A stretch of DNA of 64,000 nucleotides from Raillietiella orientalis (lineage: Eukaryota): contig JAYWIR010000005.1 in assembly GCA_036172245.1 (NCBI GenBank), positions 4,464,001-4,528,000 of the forward strand. The letters are read 5' to 3'. The notes under the pieces are model-generated. The model saw only the letters and a list, made by a program, of their open reading frames with translations, ran no database searches and was not told where the DNA came from. Shown piece after piece: positions 39,001-51,396 of the stretch; position 1 is the first letter of the stretch, and each line of letters begins with the position of its first letter. A program made the position numbers and the translations under genes.

Positions 39001-42000
39001 ACCAATGTGAATTCCGTTCATCCCATCGTTCAATACCCATTGCTAAAGCACAACTCGCCATTTCCATCTCTTACTGCACCCCAAGGATAGGTCAATGAGG
39101 ATTTCCGGCAGCCTTCGGTATCCCGCCTTCCCACAGTTTCCTGGGAGCTTCTTTACACTGGAGCCGCAGTTCTTGCCGAAAATCCATTCCCAAACACCTT
39201 GAAAAGGTTTCCAAGGGAGCGATTCTGCGTGTCTTTTAATACTCCACCTACCGCACATGTCTGAGGTCACTACTTACTGACGACCGACTCGGCTGGGCCT
39301 GATGAGTCGCCAGTACCACCCCGGTCTTGGCTATCTCCTGGGGGCGCAAGTGCCTATTTGTGAAACTCCACACCTTAACAATATTGTCATGTAATATACG
39401 ACAATAACATCACATGTCATATGACATTAAATTATAACATATAATTATCAAAATTATTAACAAATTTTTGAATGTGTCTTTAGAATGTGTTGGTGCTCAC
39501 ACTGATCATTCTTGTGTAACGGATAGATCTCGTCAACCGAAAAGTCTAGTAATAGGCCATCGGTCGATAAGCGTTGGCATCGGAAAGCCTGTTAATAGGC
39601 TTCCGGTAAGAAAAAATAAAAGGAATGTCAGGGTGCTGCCCGAACGAAGACCTCGCTCTGATCCGAAACCTCTGCAAATTCCTTCCCTCGGTGAAACAGG
39701 AATACTTCTTTCAGGGTGCCCGAGTGCCGTTATCACCTAAATCCGTGAACCCGAATGTTTTTGAGCAACTCCAGTTTGGACTCGCAGAGGTGGCAGCAGC
39801 GCCTTTTCCGGACCAGCTGGCAAAGAACGTTTCAACCCGTTCCTTCTCGTCTTGAGAACTCGCACGTGTTTGGCCGTTGCTCCAGAGCTAGAGGTGCGTG
39901 GTGAGAGGTTTTCGGTCTTGAGACTATTCCTTGCCCGCGTTGGCGGCTGCAGCCTCCACGCGTTGTGCTGAGGTTGGCACGACGTGGCACCACGCGGAGG
40001 ATCGAGCCGAGAAATGTGTGCGGCATGGGATTCGAGTCCCCCAGCAGGATGACGCCGGTTGGCCTATTTGGGTGAGGCACTGGTGGAAGCAGACGGAAAC
40101 CGGATGCCCCCGTCGACGGGCCGGGATTGGAAGTTGACCCTCCGGGGTTCTTCCAAGAATCCTGGAGTCTTTCGGGGTTCTCTTCATAGGAGGAAACAGG
40201 AAGCGGTTCCCTTGCGGGTTCCCTCAGGAAAAGAAACTCAGGAGCCCATTCTTTCCGGGTTCCTTTGGAGACAACCAGGGCGAGTGTTTTTCCGGGTTCC
40301 CTTCTCAAGCGCGAGAGGAACGGACTCCTTTCTCCGGAGCACTTCCTGGATTCATATGGTGGTCCCTCCGGGGTGGCCTTCTAACTTGAAGAGTTACTGC
40401 ACGCACCCTCGGGTGGCGCGGACAGTGTCAAAGAGCTTCGTGAGCCGTTCGCCCCCTAAGGAGTCGAACGGTTCTTAAGCACGTGGCGAACCAAAAAAGG
40501 AAAGCCGGAAGGAAAACCGAAGATGGCTTACACAAAGGAGGCAGGCAGATTCCAGTAGGAATCCTTTTTTTCCCAGATCAACAAGTGGTGTCTCGAACCC
40601 TTTGAGGATGCAGCGCAGCAATTAAGAGAGGATTGGAGGCAATTAATTTCGTTCCTTATAGGTGCTCTCCTGCGTTTCTTTCAGAGAAGAAGTGACGTGA
40701 ACCTACGAAAATTGGTGGGTGGCTGATTTTCATAATTATCGGAGTTACCAACATTCACTTCGCCTAAACTCGTCTCTACTTTCAGGGAAAATAAAAAAGA
40801 AAGAAAGAAAAGAAAGAAAGAAATTCCTCTGAATCAAAGCGTGCACTGCCTGCACGACTGTGTTTGCTGTGTCAGTACACTCCCTCGCCCCCCCTCTCTC
40901 TCTCTCCCCTCCTGCTGCTAGCTGATGAGCGCGCCGTTGCAGTCTTGAAACTCTCGACTTGCCATTTCTATTAACTTGGCGGCCCATGCATCCGATCCTT
41001 CAGCTTCTCAACATTCAACCAACGGGACGAAGCCGTGTTTCATGTCTGGTGATGGATAGCAGTCCGTTCCTGCGGGAGGAATTTTTTTTTTCTCTCCCCT
41101 CCCCCCCCCCTTTCCTTTCGGCGTCAGGAAGATTTTCTGCAAGACTTTCTGCTTCACCCCAGGACTTTCATAGGATGCTGAAGCGGTATCTCGTCTTGCG
41201 TCGGAAAGTCCGATACCCGATGAAGCCCGGTTCACTTCTTTTTTTTTTTCCCGAACCCGACTCTGGGAGTCAAAGGTCCGTTTTTGCTTTGCAGGCACGT
41301 AACACAATGAAGGGACGAGAGGACCTCATGGAAGGATACTCTGGGAAAGACACAGTGATCAAAGTCTGACTCAAAACAATGAGCTTTATTTATGCAGCCT
41401 GTTCCCCGTTTTACGTCATCAACTCGGCTCGCTTCCCGTTGCTCCAGAGCCGGAAACTGACCCTAGGTAGGTCTAAAAGTGTTACTGCGATGACCACATC
41501 AAGTGAATATTTGTTTCCTTTTTAGCCACACAGAAATATCCATTTTGAGGCCATTATCGTATCGCGCAATTTTTGCTCACCGTCATCATTCCTCCGCTTG
41601 CCGATTTATCTGTAGCTTTCTTGCCTCGTTTCCTGGCAGATCTGCAGATCGTGGAACGGGCGCAGCTGTGAGGGAGAAACCACCAGTGGGAGTGCTGTGA
41701 GAGAGCGTCTTGTCATGAGGAACGTGGAATGAAGAGATTTTGTCACGTGTTGCTTGCCGCCCCGTGTTCTCATGCTTTCCCTCTTGAGGAATTCGATCCT
41801 GACCTCAGCTCCAGGATTTGTACGGCGTCTCCAGGCAAATCTCGACCCATCACGAAAGCGGACCTCGCTTCATCCCCGATTCTCCATCGACCGACCTCCG
41901 CAACGTTTTCAGGTCCGCTCTTGCATCGGTTTCTCCTGTCTCTGCGACTACACCGTACTCTCCCCCCATCGTTGATTTCCGCATGCGGGAAGACCGCGGT

Positions 42001-42200
42001 CTCTTTAAAATTTCATCTGAAAATCCGAGGGTCCTGCTGAGATCGGAAATAACATCCTCTAGATACGAAAGCACGTTCTCTACAGCTTTTTCCCTGGCAA
42101 TAAATTCATCAACGGGAAATCCAGTGAAGCAGCTCTGGAAAGTGGGCGTACAGATCGAGGAGGAACTGAACAAATTCAGTTCTTCCACTGCGGTCGGATC
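36040..42200 (+). pseudogene. Degenerate LRR ectodomain fragments
   Basis: VDTNYFREPQRIPLLHRLKY at about 36520-36580. RNLVILKVFAVAINAS*(frameshift)RIP at 36793-36853. GLSGKL in ORF 36833-37042. CLRNNLLS and LSIGKLRGL in ORF 37775-38170. FSLAINSSTG...QLW...NKFS in ORF 41818-42423. Boundaries approximate. Confidence 0.4.
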
Positions 42201-43497
42201 TGATATCTTCGCTTCCTCTTGGTGCGGATGCTTTCGTTATGGTTGCTGGAGAGACGGAAGTCCAGCACTCGATCCGACCGGATCGCGTGTCCGGATTTCT
42301 CCTTCAGCCGTGCTTTTTGCTTCTTCCTCTGCAGACAGCGGTGCTGGAGCCAGCGGCGCTTCTCGGAAGAGCGGTTTCCTCGGATGCCGCCTAGGACCGG
42401 GCCCCGCCCTCTATTTTGGCTAGAACCGTCGCTCCGAATCGTGGTCTCCAGCTGTCGATAAGATCATATTTTGCATGCGCGAGTCGCGCATCTGCGGATC
42501 CACAATGACTGGGTCCTGCTGCTGGTGGTTCGATCTGCTCGTTTTCCAGTGGTTAGCCATATGGAACGTTGTCTGACCGAAACGCATTCAGAAATGAATC
42601 CTTAATTTTTCATACGTCCATTAATGAATAATTAATGGGCTAATCATAGGCAGAACGTACTAAAGGATGATGCGTGCATCACTAGTCAGCTTTGCGTATC
42701 TGCCTCCACACACGTAATGAGCTCTGCATGCACTGATGATGCAAGTCCCATGAAAACTGTTATGAATCTCTGCTTCAGTTAGCACACACGATGTACAGTA
42801 CTCACACATGTACGATGTACAGCACGTATGCGCGTATTGCAAGCGAGGTGCGTGAGTGAGCGAACGCTTCACGCAGATGAAGGTCTGTTTAGTGACTCCA
42901 GCCTTTTTGCAGCTTCCTCGAGTGGCATTTCTGAGAGTCAATTAAAAATGCTGCGCGTGGCTCACGTATTCAAAAAGTGGAGTCCGGGGATTTGCAGGAA
43001 GACGTGGGTTCGCCCGCGAAGAAGAAGCGGAATAGCGGATGGCAACGAGCTAAAGACACTAAGAATGCCCATGAAAAGCCGAAGTGAATGATCTTGCTGA
43101 GGGCAAGCAGATCTTGAACTGCGTCGGGGATCGTCACCCCTTCAAAGTTATTTTTTATCATTTTTTTTTCTCTTCCTATTTCGAAAGAGACGAGCGAGTC
43201 GCTGGATCCGAGAACGGGATAAATCACGGGTCCTATTCACACGATCCCACAATTTCTTTTAAATGCTACTTCAAGAGACCGCAGCTTCCTTTTTTTTATA
43301 TCTTTTTCCATTGCGGCAAGATTAACCGTGGTTTTATCTTTATCTATCGATTAATCCCGAATAAAGGCCGATAATTCTGGAAGCGAATCATTTCTTTGGT
43401 TAATGCCCTGCTCCATGAGATATTTCGAAATGGTTTTCATCTCTTTATTTTCATTTCTTTTTTCCTGATGTATTTCCGTGGAATGGAGGGACCTCAG

Positions 43498-43549
43498 CAT
43501 ATGTATATATATATAATGTATATATACGTACACGTATATGTACATATAT
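43498..43549. repeat. Imperfect (AT)n microsatellite
   Basis: catatgtatatatatataatgtatatatacgtacacgtatatgtacatatat read directly. Confidence 0.85.
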
Positions 43550-44826
43550 CAAAAGAGCGTCACGATTTTCCTCGATAGGTCCGTGATCGATCTTCCTTTT
43601 TTAATCAAAGCGGAAGCCTCGATAAGCGATTGCGATTCGGCCAACTAGAGGCCAATCTTGCGGAAAATTTTCCCCGGAAAGAGTAGTTCTTTTCCCTCTT
43701 TTTTAAATGCCGCAGTGATAGAAGGTCTCTTAGAGACACAAAACAAGGATATCCTTGTCAGGAAAAATGTTCATTCCGCAAGGGATTCGCGGTGCCATGG
43801 TACACAATCCCGGCACGAGGCGGAGCAGAATGCAGGCATGAATTCTAAATTCGGAAAAGAGTAAAAAAGAAAAAAAAAAAAAAAAAGAAAAGAAAAGAAG
43901 AAGAATAAGAAAAAACCGTTGTACTTGCACTTAGGGAGGGCTCTCTCGAACGCGCGCGTCTTCAGCGCACTCGCGTTCCCTTCTGAGAATTTTTATTTGT
44001 TGTTTATGAAATGAGCTGCAGGCGATATCGTCCATCAGGAGAGGGTTCCCCCGAAAGAAGTGTATTTCTGGTCCTCATGTCGGCGATAACATCCAGAGAT
44101 CAGGGCGAAAGCGCTTTGATTTTCGGATGCTCTGAGTCGTCCGTCTGCGAGAGGAAGACGTTCAAGGGAGCTCGCGATGCAAATTCGTGGTCAGCAGCAG
44201 AAACCCCTTGTGCATGCTTTGCGCTCTTGGCCTAGAGATGACCGTGGTGTCACCACCGATTTCCAGGGCTTGCGAGATCCAAAGTCCCGCAACATGGAAG
44301 CTTCAGCTGCGATGGCGGAAGCTGGAAATGCTGGAAGGCGCGCTGCGGGCAGAAGCTTGCAGTGAAGCTTCCGACATTTCTTCTGCACACTCCTGTTCCT
44401 TTGCTGTTCGGAATGTCTTTGCTGGATCGAAATGAGCCCCCCTTCCCACCGGGTATCCTCGTGTAGGGTGGTGAACGAGCAACGAGCGCGTCAGAACACG
44501 CTTCCTTTCTCCTGAGCTCGAACGTCCTCCGCTTTCCAAGGATTTGAGGTATTCCCAGTGGTGACAAGCTAACAAATTGCCATTCCTGGTTATTGGGAAA
44601 ACGGACGGAACAGCGCGTGAAGGTGCAATGCACATGGAAGGAAACGTTTTACGGTTTATTTCCAAAGATGCATCGGTTTCCGTGTTCGAGTTATATGGGA
44701 CTGCTCCAGTACGGAGGAACTCTGAGGCAAAGCTGACAGCAGCGAGCCAGCCTGCGTGCCCTGCTCGCTTGAAGCCCAAGCTCTTGTCCATCCCTGGTGA
44801 CCCGCACACGTACAAGCACGTACCGA

Positions 44827-44828
<2 letters not shown>

Positions 44829-44860
<32 letters not shown>
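44829..44860. repeat. (CA)16 microsatellite
   Basis: Uninterrupted CA run read directly. Confidence 0.95.
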
Positions 44861-44862
<2 letters not shown>

Positions 44863-46625
44863 CTTCACCTGCACGGTTTGCTGAATCCGAGTGCCCTTCT
44901 CACGGGATCCATCGCGTCTTTGGAATTCTTCATCGATAATTCAGTGTGAGAAGCTTCCGATGTTTGCGTGGAAAAGGAGCGCGGATGAATTATTGTTTCT
45001 GACTGATGTTCTCGTGTTAAAGTGCCAATCCAATTTTGAATGTCTGGAGGGGGGATGGGGGGGGGGGGGGAGAAATGTATGCGGAAAGGTCAGCTGAAGA
45101 GAAAGTTCCTAACGCCTCCTGCGCGTCACCTCCGGCCCAGTGCGATATTCGGGTGAGAGAGATAAACCCGGTTTTCATTTTCTCTCTCGGGCCGAAGCTC
45201 GCGGAGCCGTCGCCAAGAGCAGCACCTCACCCAAGCTGAGAAATTTGGCATCAGCTTCCTTATTGCGATCTCTGGACGGATGAAAGGTGATCAGGGGATT
45301 CGTCCTGAAGTTGCACGCGCACACACGGGACCTCAACGTGCATTCTTATCTTTAGGTCCCTTTGACCCTCGCGGCCACGTCCGCTCCAAGGGGCTCCCTG
45401 GTAAATGCTTACAGCTTGCGGACACATCGCACCTTCTTATGATTTAGACGAGAGCAGAATAATTTTTCTGAATCCAGAAACAGCTCTTTCGACATCTTTG
45501 AATTCATTACCCCATCGCGACAACGTGTTTCCGCGTGTATCCTCAGTAGCGATTTTAATAATCCCTGCGTTCCTTTATGAATTTGTCTTTTTCCTCCTAC
45601 CCTGGTCAGCCAGCTGTTCCAGAGATCCATGTCAATCATGTGCACAAATTGCTCCATCCTAATCTATGCAGATCCTATGCAAATTGCAATCCGTTTCGCC
45701 CCTCGGAGAAGTTTCCTTCCCGATGCAATTGGAACCTGCTGATTTCGCTCCATTCTGAAACAGCCGCGTGCGTTTCCTCTTGGTGAGACAAAAATTTATA
45801 GCCGGTGTGAGCTGAAAAGGCTTTGAAGTCCTAATGAGATTTCCTGGAGTGCTGCGAGACTGGAATTCTGAAACCGGAATGAAACCACCACTTTCCTCTG
45901 AATACACCGCACCTCGATGAAACAGGTACCATTCAAGAATGTGGATCAGCTTTTGAGGTCCCAGACGAAGAGAACCCTCCCTCCAAGAGTCTTCTTCGCC
46001 GCCTTTCACTCTTCCCGCCTTTTCGGCGTCTTTCAAGCTCCTTTCAAGCGAACACTGCGGTCCTCTCTACACACTCGAGTCTCTGAGTGGGGCCGAGGTG
46101 AGGCATGTGCGACTGCAGCATGTGCCACACCAGATGGACGTCTTCAGGATCATGGCCGGCAGCCCTTTCCCTGTGCAGATGAACAAGGCGCTTGGGACCA
46201 GCTGCATATCTTCCTCGTGTGCAGGGGAAGAAGCACATGAAGCCACTGTCGCCATTCAGGTTTCTGGGCACGCTTACAGCCGGATCTATGGCAACCGAAA
46301 GACTGGTTTCCTGGATCTGACAAGGCAATCTGGGCAAAGAATAGAAGAGGAAAAACCCGCAGCTGAACGACGCCATCGTTTCCAAGAATGAGAGCATCCC
46401 GATTGTGCCGAGTTTTCCCCGAACTCACCTTTTTAACAGGCCATCAAGCGAGGGAGACATCTGCCTTTTCTCCTTGAAAAAAAGACCCAGTGCCAGGGAT
46501 CCCCCTCTCCGAGACCACGATATCCGAGAAAAAGTTCTTATTTTCTTTCCCTTCGGCGTGGTATTTTACTATCGGGGTTCTTTCGACTTCGTCTGAAACG
46601 TTGCTAGGATTCTATCTTTGCTACA

Positions 46626-47365
46626 GGGACTCTTCCTGATGCAACAAGAGCAGCAAAATTCCAAGCATGGAAAGCTCTCTCGACGAAAGAGCTACAGAGA
46701 GTACAGAGAGTATCCAGCATAAGGTATTCCAAGTACGGTACCTAAAGTCCGGATGTTGAGATGAAACTGTTGCTTTCCTCAGGTGTGTGGGCGGCTTCCT
46801 GATTACATGCATGGTAGGATGTTGCACGGCCCAGAGATGAAATTCAAGGCCGAGGACTCCAAGAAAATCTTCAGAAAGCGCTCGAAAACCTATGCGGTTT
46901 GCAATAAAAAAACAAAATGGAATATCAACACATGGTGTCCGCACCCTCTGGTGTTTAAAGTGAAAGGTTTTCTGCGGATTCATTTAGGACCGTTCAAAAC
47001 CGTCTCTCTGCCAATTCTTTCATCTTTGCATTTTCTCTGAACGGTGGAGGTACAGTAATGGTGTATAATATCCGCTGTGATGAGATGGTACGCTAAGGTG
47101 CATGATCAGAGAGGAAAGATTCCGATCTTCGGAGGTAGCGCTCCTGTGCAACGAGTTTGGTGGCAAGAGCAAGGAGAGGGAGACAATACAGAAGGGTTCC
47201 TGTGTGCTGCGAATAAGGGGATCGATTCAGGATGAGGAATTCTGCTTGGGAAGGAATCTTCCTCCAGCACGCTGAAATTGTTGCCGTCTCTGACGGAACG
47301 CTCGACGCTGATGCCAAACGTCATTTGGGGCTGTTCGGAAACTTTGTCAACGGGTTGCTTTTATG
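46626..47365 (+). pseudogene. Degenerate RLK kinase-domain remnant with splice-like acceptors
   Basis: After an AG at 46625-46626 comes GTLPDATRAAK...KELQRVQRVSSIR (cf. GTLPDG..AVK...REF..EV..IS.IRH). After tttcctcAG at 46781-46782 comes DYMHGRMLHG (cf. YxYM..GSL...LHG). NIRCDE(frameshift)YAKVHD at 47067-47106 resembles NILLDE..AKV.DFG. WEGIFLQHAEIV resembles SFG..L.EIV. Confidence 0.45.
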
Positions 47366-50362
47366 GTATGCTGGCCATTGTGCTGAATGACATGGAAGAA
47401 CCGGCGAGGAAGCACGTCAGTCACAGACACATTTCGCAATGGTTTGCTCCTCGGTCCCTGGATTCCAGGAAGTGATTTCGCTGTTTAGCTTCCGAGGGGA
47501 AGTTCAGTGGAAGTTCTTAAAGGCGGCTTGAGATTGTTTCCCAGGAGTTTCCTTTCACAGGAGGGGAATCCTCACTCGAGTCCGGGAAAATTGGTCCCCT
47601 TTTTTCCATCGACGAATTTTTCAGCTTCGAATAAAGCAATTGCAGGATTTTTTTTTTTTTTTGCATTTCTTTTCTGTAGTTTCAAAGAAGATGCGAACTT
47701 TATGGAGGAACGCACAGTTTTCGAGGGCCTCTTTCCTCAGACTGTGCATTCAGGGAGGAATACACTTGGCCTACTGCGGCTTCCTAAGTACAGACTGGCA
47801 CAAACGGGTGTGGTGCAGAGGTCACATGCACAGGAGACCTGCTCGAAGCTTGAGCAATCACTGTTGCTGCGGTGACGTTTTGCTGGAAGGAGATGCATGC
47901 CAAGAACAATCAATGAGACGAAGATGATGACTGTTGCGCCGTTCGTGATTCTCAGCAAGACTTGCGTCCGAGCTTGGCTGCTGAAGACGCCCTTAGTTCT
48001 TTTTCGTAACAGCAGCAGCTAGATTTAATGCCTACCTTCACACGGGAGCGCCTAGTCGTTTTGGAGATCTCCGGACAGCCAGCTGTCGCCTTTAAATTGT
48101 GGCATAGATGTGCCTGTAAAAGATTTTCCTCCCCTCTCTGTGGCGGAAGGCAGGAACATAGCAGCCTCTCAAGAATATGGACCACGAGCTCCTAGCTGAA
48201 ACGGCGGTTCTCGTTTTTTTGCTCTGTGCGGCGACGTCTGCTTTGGTTGAAGTCATGCGAGGCGGACTGTTGTAACAGAAGCAGGAAAAAAAGGAAAAAA
48301 AAAAAAAAAAAAACAGGATGCTTTTGTACCTGAGCAAGGGAAATTCAAGGTGAGAGTGGTGTATTGCCAAGAACGAAAAAGGCAAAGAAAGCAGAGGAGA
48401 AAACAAAAATCGCAATCAGATGCTGCATTTCAGAAGAGATCAACTCATCACGTCGCATCCAGCAAGAGAACAGGAGCATTTGTTCACAGTTTTAGAGTGG
48501 ACTCGGAGAAATGTTCTGGTGCGTGCTTTATTTTTAGGAAATTTTCCGAAACTGCTTACGAAGAATGACACGGAATGCTGGAATGATGTGCCATGTGCTT
48601 TATGCCCCTTCGCTTGACACCCATCAACATATCGCTGCATTATCCATATGGCACTCCTGAGAATGCCTTGTGTTAAGACCTGCTTGTGTTTGATGGAATT
48701 TCTGTATCATTCTTCGGTAATCCAGCACTTTGATAGACGTATCCATAAGTATTTTGTCTATAGATGGCAGTACATCGTGAGTACGCAAATCCCGAATCGG
48801 TTCTTCTTCCACGTAGGATGTCGGGATTCCTGTGTCGTATGAACAAACAGCGGCAGCGCCCTCTGTGCTCTTCAGGGCTCAAGATTTCCTGCCGGCTCGT
48901 TTCGAAAGCAGCCGAGTTGTCGCACATCCCGGCTTCCCCGTCCCGAAGGAAGAAGCTCTAGAAAATGATGGCTTGCGACATCCCATTAATGACGAAGCTG
49001 CAACGAAGTTCATGAATCATTGCCGTTCTGTCTTCCTTCAAAATGTTCGACAGCTTTCCATTCGAAATTATAATGTCATAGTGACAGACACATTCACTGT
49101 TATTATCTGACCGTCATCACGCGGCCATGTATCAGCGTTCTGCACATGAGATCATCGACGGTTATTTCCTCGCAGCTCGAATTTAGCGAATACAAAAGTA
49201 GCCTTTTGTCTATCCGGCGAGCTAAACAAAAGACCGATGCCGACCATCATCAGCACAGATCATCGGACGGAGGCAGTCATCAGCGCCTTGTTGCAGCGTG
49301 ATTAGTCTCTTGGAAACCGTATCAGGTGGTTAGTCCTGAGGTGATGTGCGAGCTCGACCACCGATCCTTATCCTGCTAACTTGTACTTTACGCAGCTCTC
49401 AGGAAAACAAACAGAGCTGCCATCATTGAGTCATAACCATATTTTTGCATTGTGCTGACCAAAAAAAAAAATAAAAATTCCACCGATGGATTTTTTAGAA
49501 GAATGAGATTCTCCCAGCAGGAAGCATTTTTAATAGAACGAAAGTCGAATCTCTTGCGCTAAGGTTAAGTGCTCTATATATCAATTTCTATTGCGGCAAT
49601 CAAGAAGGCTCTCTCGTACACACCACTGGTAGTGTGCGTAGGTGGACACGAAACCAAACAACTATTAATCTAACCAAAAATTATACTTTCCCGACAATTT
49701 TCCGGCCACACGTCATACGGTTCACAGGAATGTTCCGATGGGCCTTCAATCAAAATTAACACTTCGTCTAAGGTCTGACCGTTCGCCGTGTCATCCGCTT
49801 TGATTAATGGACTACGATTTCATCTCTTTAATGACTTTTGAACATGAAATCTTTGATGAAACGGAGAAGGAAGATAAGTTGATGAATTTTTTTTTTTTTC
49901 CACTCCTCACACAGCCGCCGCTCCAAGGGTTCTCTTCCACCTTCCCACTCGGAGGGCTTCACGCTTTCGTCCGGCGTTTCTCTGAAGAAGATTTGTTCCC
50001 CAGCAATTAATCCATTATAAGCAAATCCGTGCTAAGCAAGCAAGACTCTCTGAATCTCTTTCTCTTTCGCAGCTGGAAAAGCTCCCGCTATGACCTCACG
50101 GACGGACCGCAATGTTGAGGACCAACCGAACCTTACGCGGAAGGTGCAACGGTTGTTCTCCCCCCTCCCCTCCCCTCAATAGACTGCAACTGCAGTTCCG
50201 ACTTTTCACCCTTTGTGGCAAATTGTGGACTTGCCACTGCTGTGCTCTGGCACGCCACATCCACCAGAGATGCGTTAGAAGCGCAGGACTTCTTTCACTG
50301 CTGCCGCGCAACCCACATAGGAAGACTGGATTTGGCTGCACCCTAAGGTACTGGTAGCTCAC

Positions 50363-51396
50363 CCGTGGGTCTCCTGCCGCCCCCAAAACTGAAATGCCTG
50401 GAGGCAGGAGATGATGGAGTCATGCTTCGAAAGTGCGCCCAGGGGAACCGCTTGCGACCGCTGCAGAATCTCCTGCGGAATCCTCTGGGAGATCTCCTGC
50501 AAGACTGGGCGCAGCGATCCCGGATGGCCGCATCGCCCCTCGCCGCAGCACTGCCTGCTCTCGAGGAAAGCAGTGACAGTAGCCGACCTGCGGGGTGGGA
50601 GTTGTCTTGAAAAATGGCAGGAGTCAGGAACTTTTGGACGGCTGTAGGACGAGCGCGTTGGTGGACGGCACCACTCCTCGCCTCCGGGCCAATGGACTTC
50701 TTCGGTGGAGGAGCGAGCCGCTCGGCGTGCCCCCCGAAGAACTCGTGGTCACTCCCCTGTGAGCGAACACCTCCGTGATCCCGCTCCGTTAAAAACGGGA
50801 CGCCTTGCCGTTTCTGCACTGGGGATTCCGGTGCGACCGGCGCAGGCACCCGGTTTCCGGGGGAGTTGCCTTCCCGAGCTGTTCCGCGAGCGGGGCGATG
50901 GGATCGTTTCCGCTCCTCCTGCGGGACTGCGGTGACCTGGAGTGACACGTGGCAGCTCCTCGCTCTGTGGATGGCAGGACCCGTCCGCCTCGGGCGTGCT
51001 GCAGCGCTCCTCCACTCGAGGCCGGCTGAGGACGGACTCTGCGATCGCAACCGTTGGCTGCACCCGTGCCATGGCGACAGTCCGCCACGTGCCGGAGTCT
51101 CGTCCGCAGCGAAAGGAGGCCGCCAGCATGGCAGCCGCCTTCATAAGGGCAGCTACAAGGTGGCCCCATCTTCCAGAGGACGTAATCGGCGAGATCGCCA
51201 CCATCCGCTGCCGCTTGTAGGAAGAAAGGGACGAAGAAAAACCAAAGACCCTTGTTCCTCCCCTCCCGCCCTTTTTTTCATTTATTTATTGCCCCCTCCC
51301 TCCGTTCCTTGCTTTTCTGGATGTCGGCCTGCGTGCTGGTAGTCACCCTCAATGGACTTTTTTTTGTTTTGGCATCTCTTGTATTCAGGGGACGCC
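50363..51396 (-). repeat. Right arm of the 1,034-bp inverted duplication (partner 11638-12671)
   Basis: Reverse complement of 11638-12671. Diverged homology extends to 50351 and about 51467. Confidence 0.97.

Noticed and set aside
41850..42560. Minus-strand frame from ATG 42560 to TGA 41850 interrupted only by TAG, TAG and TAA, suggesting a TAR=Gln genetic code
   Set aside because: It is a single example with no recognisable product. Other candidate frames contain TGA and frameshifts, and the + strand here carries the LRR-like phrases, so this is probably a shadow frame.
46693..46712. Short tandem duplications (tacagagag x2; acgatgtacag x2 near 42790-42822) and homopolymer runs
   Set aside because: These are ordinary slippage-scale features with no higher-order pattern.
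50181..51220. RNI-type LRR / F-box-like reading (KLKCLEAGDDG..., LPEDVIGEI) on + in the right arm
   Set aside because: The matches are short and weak, are broken by stops, and lie antisense to the reading that fits the left copy's context.
11638..51396. The 1-kb arms as LTRs or as TIRs of a giant transposon
   Set aside because: The arms are inverted, so they are not LTRs. Their ends are fuzzy, there is no TSD, and I saw no transposase, integrase or polymerase between them.
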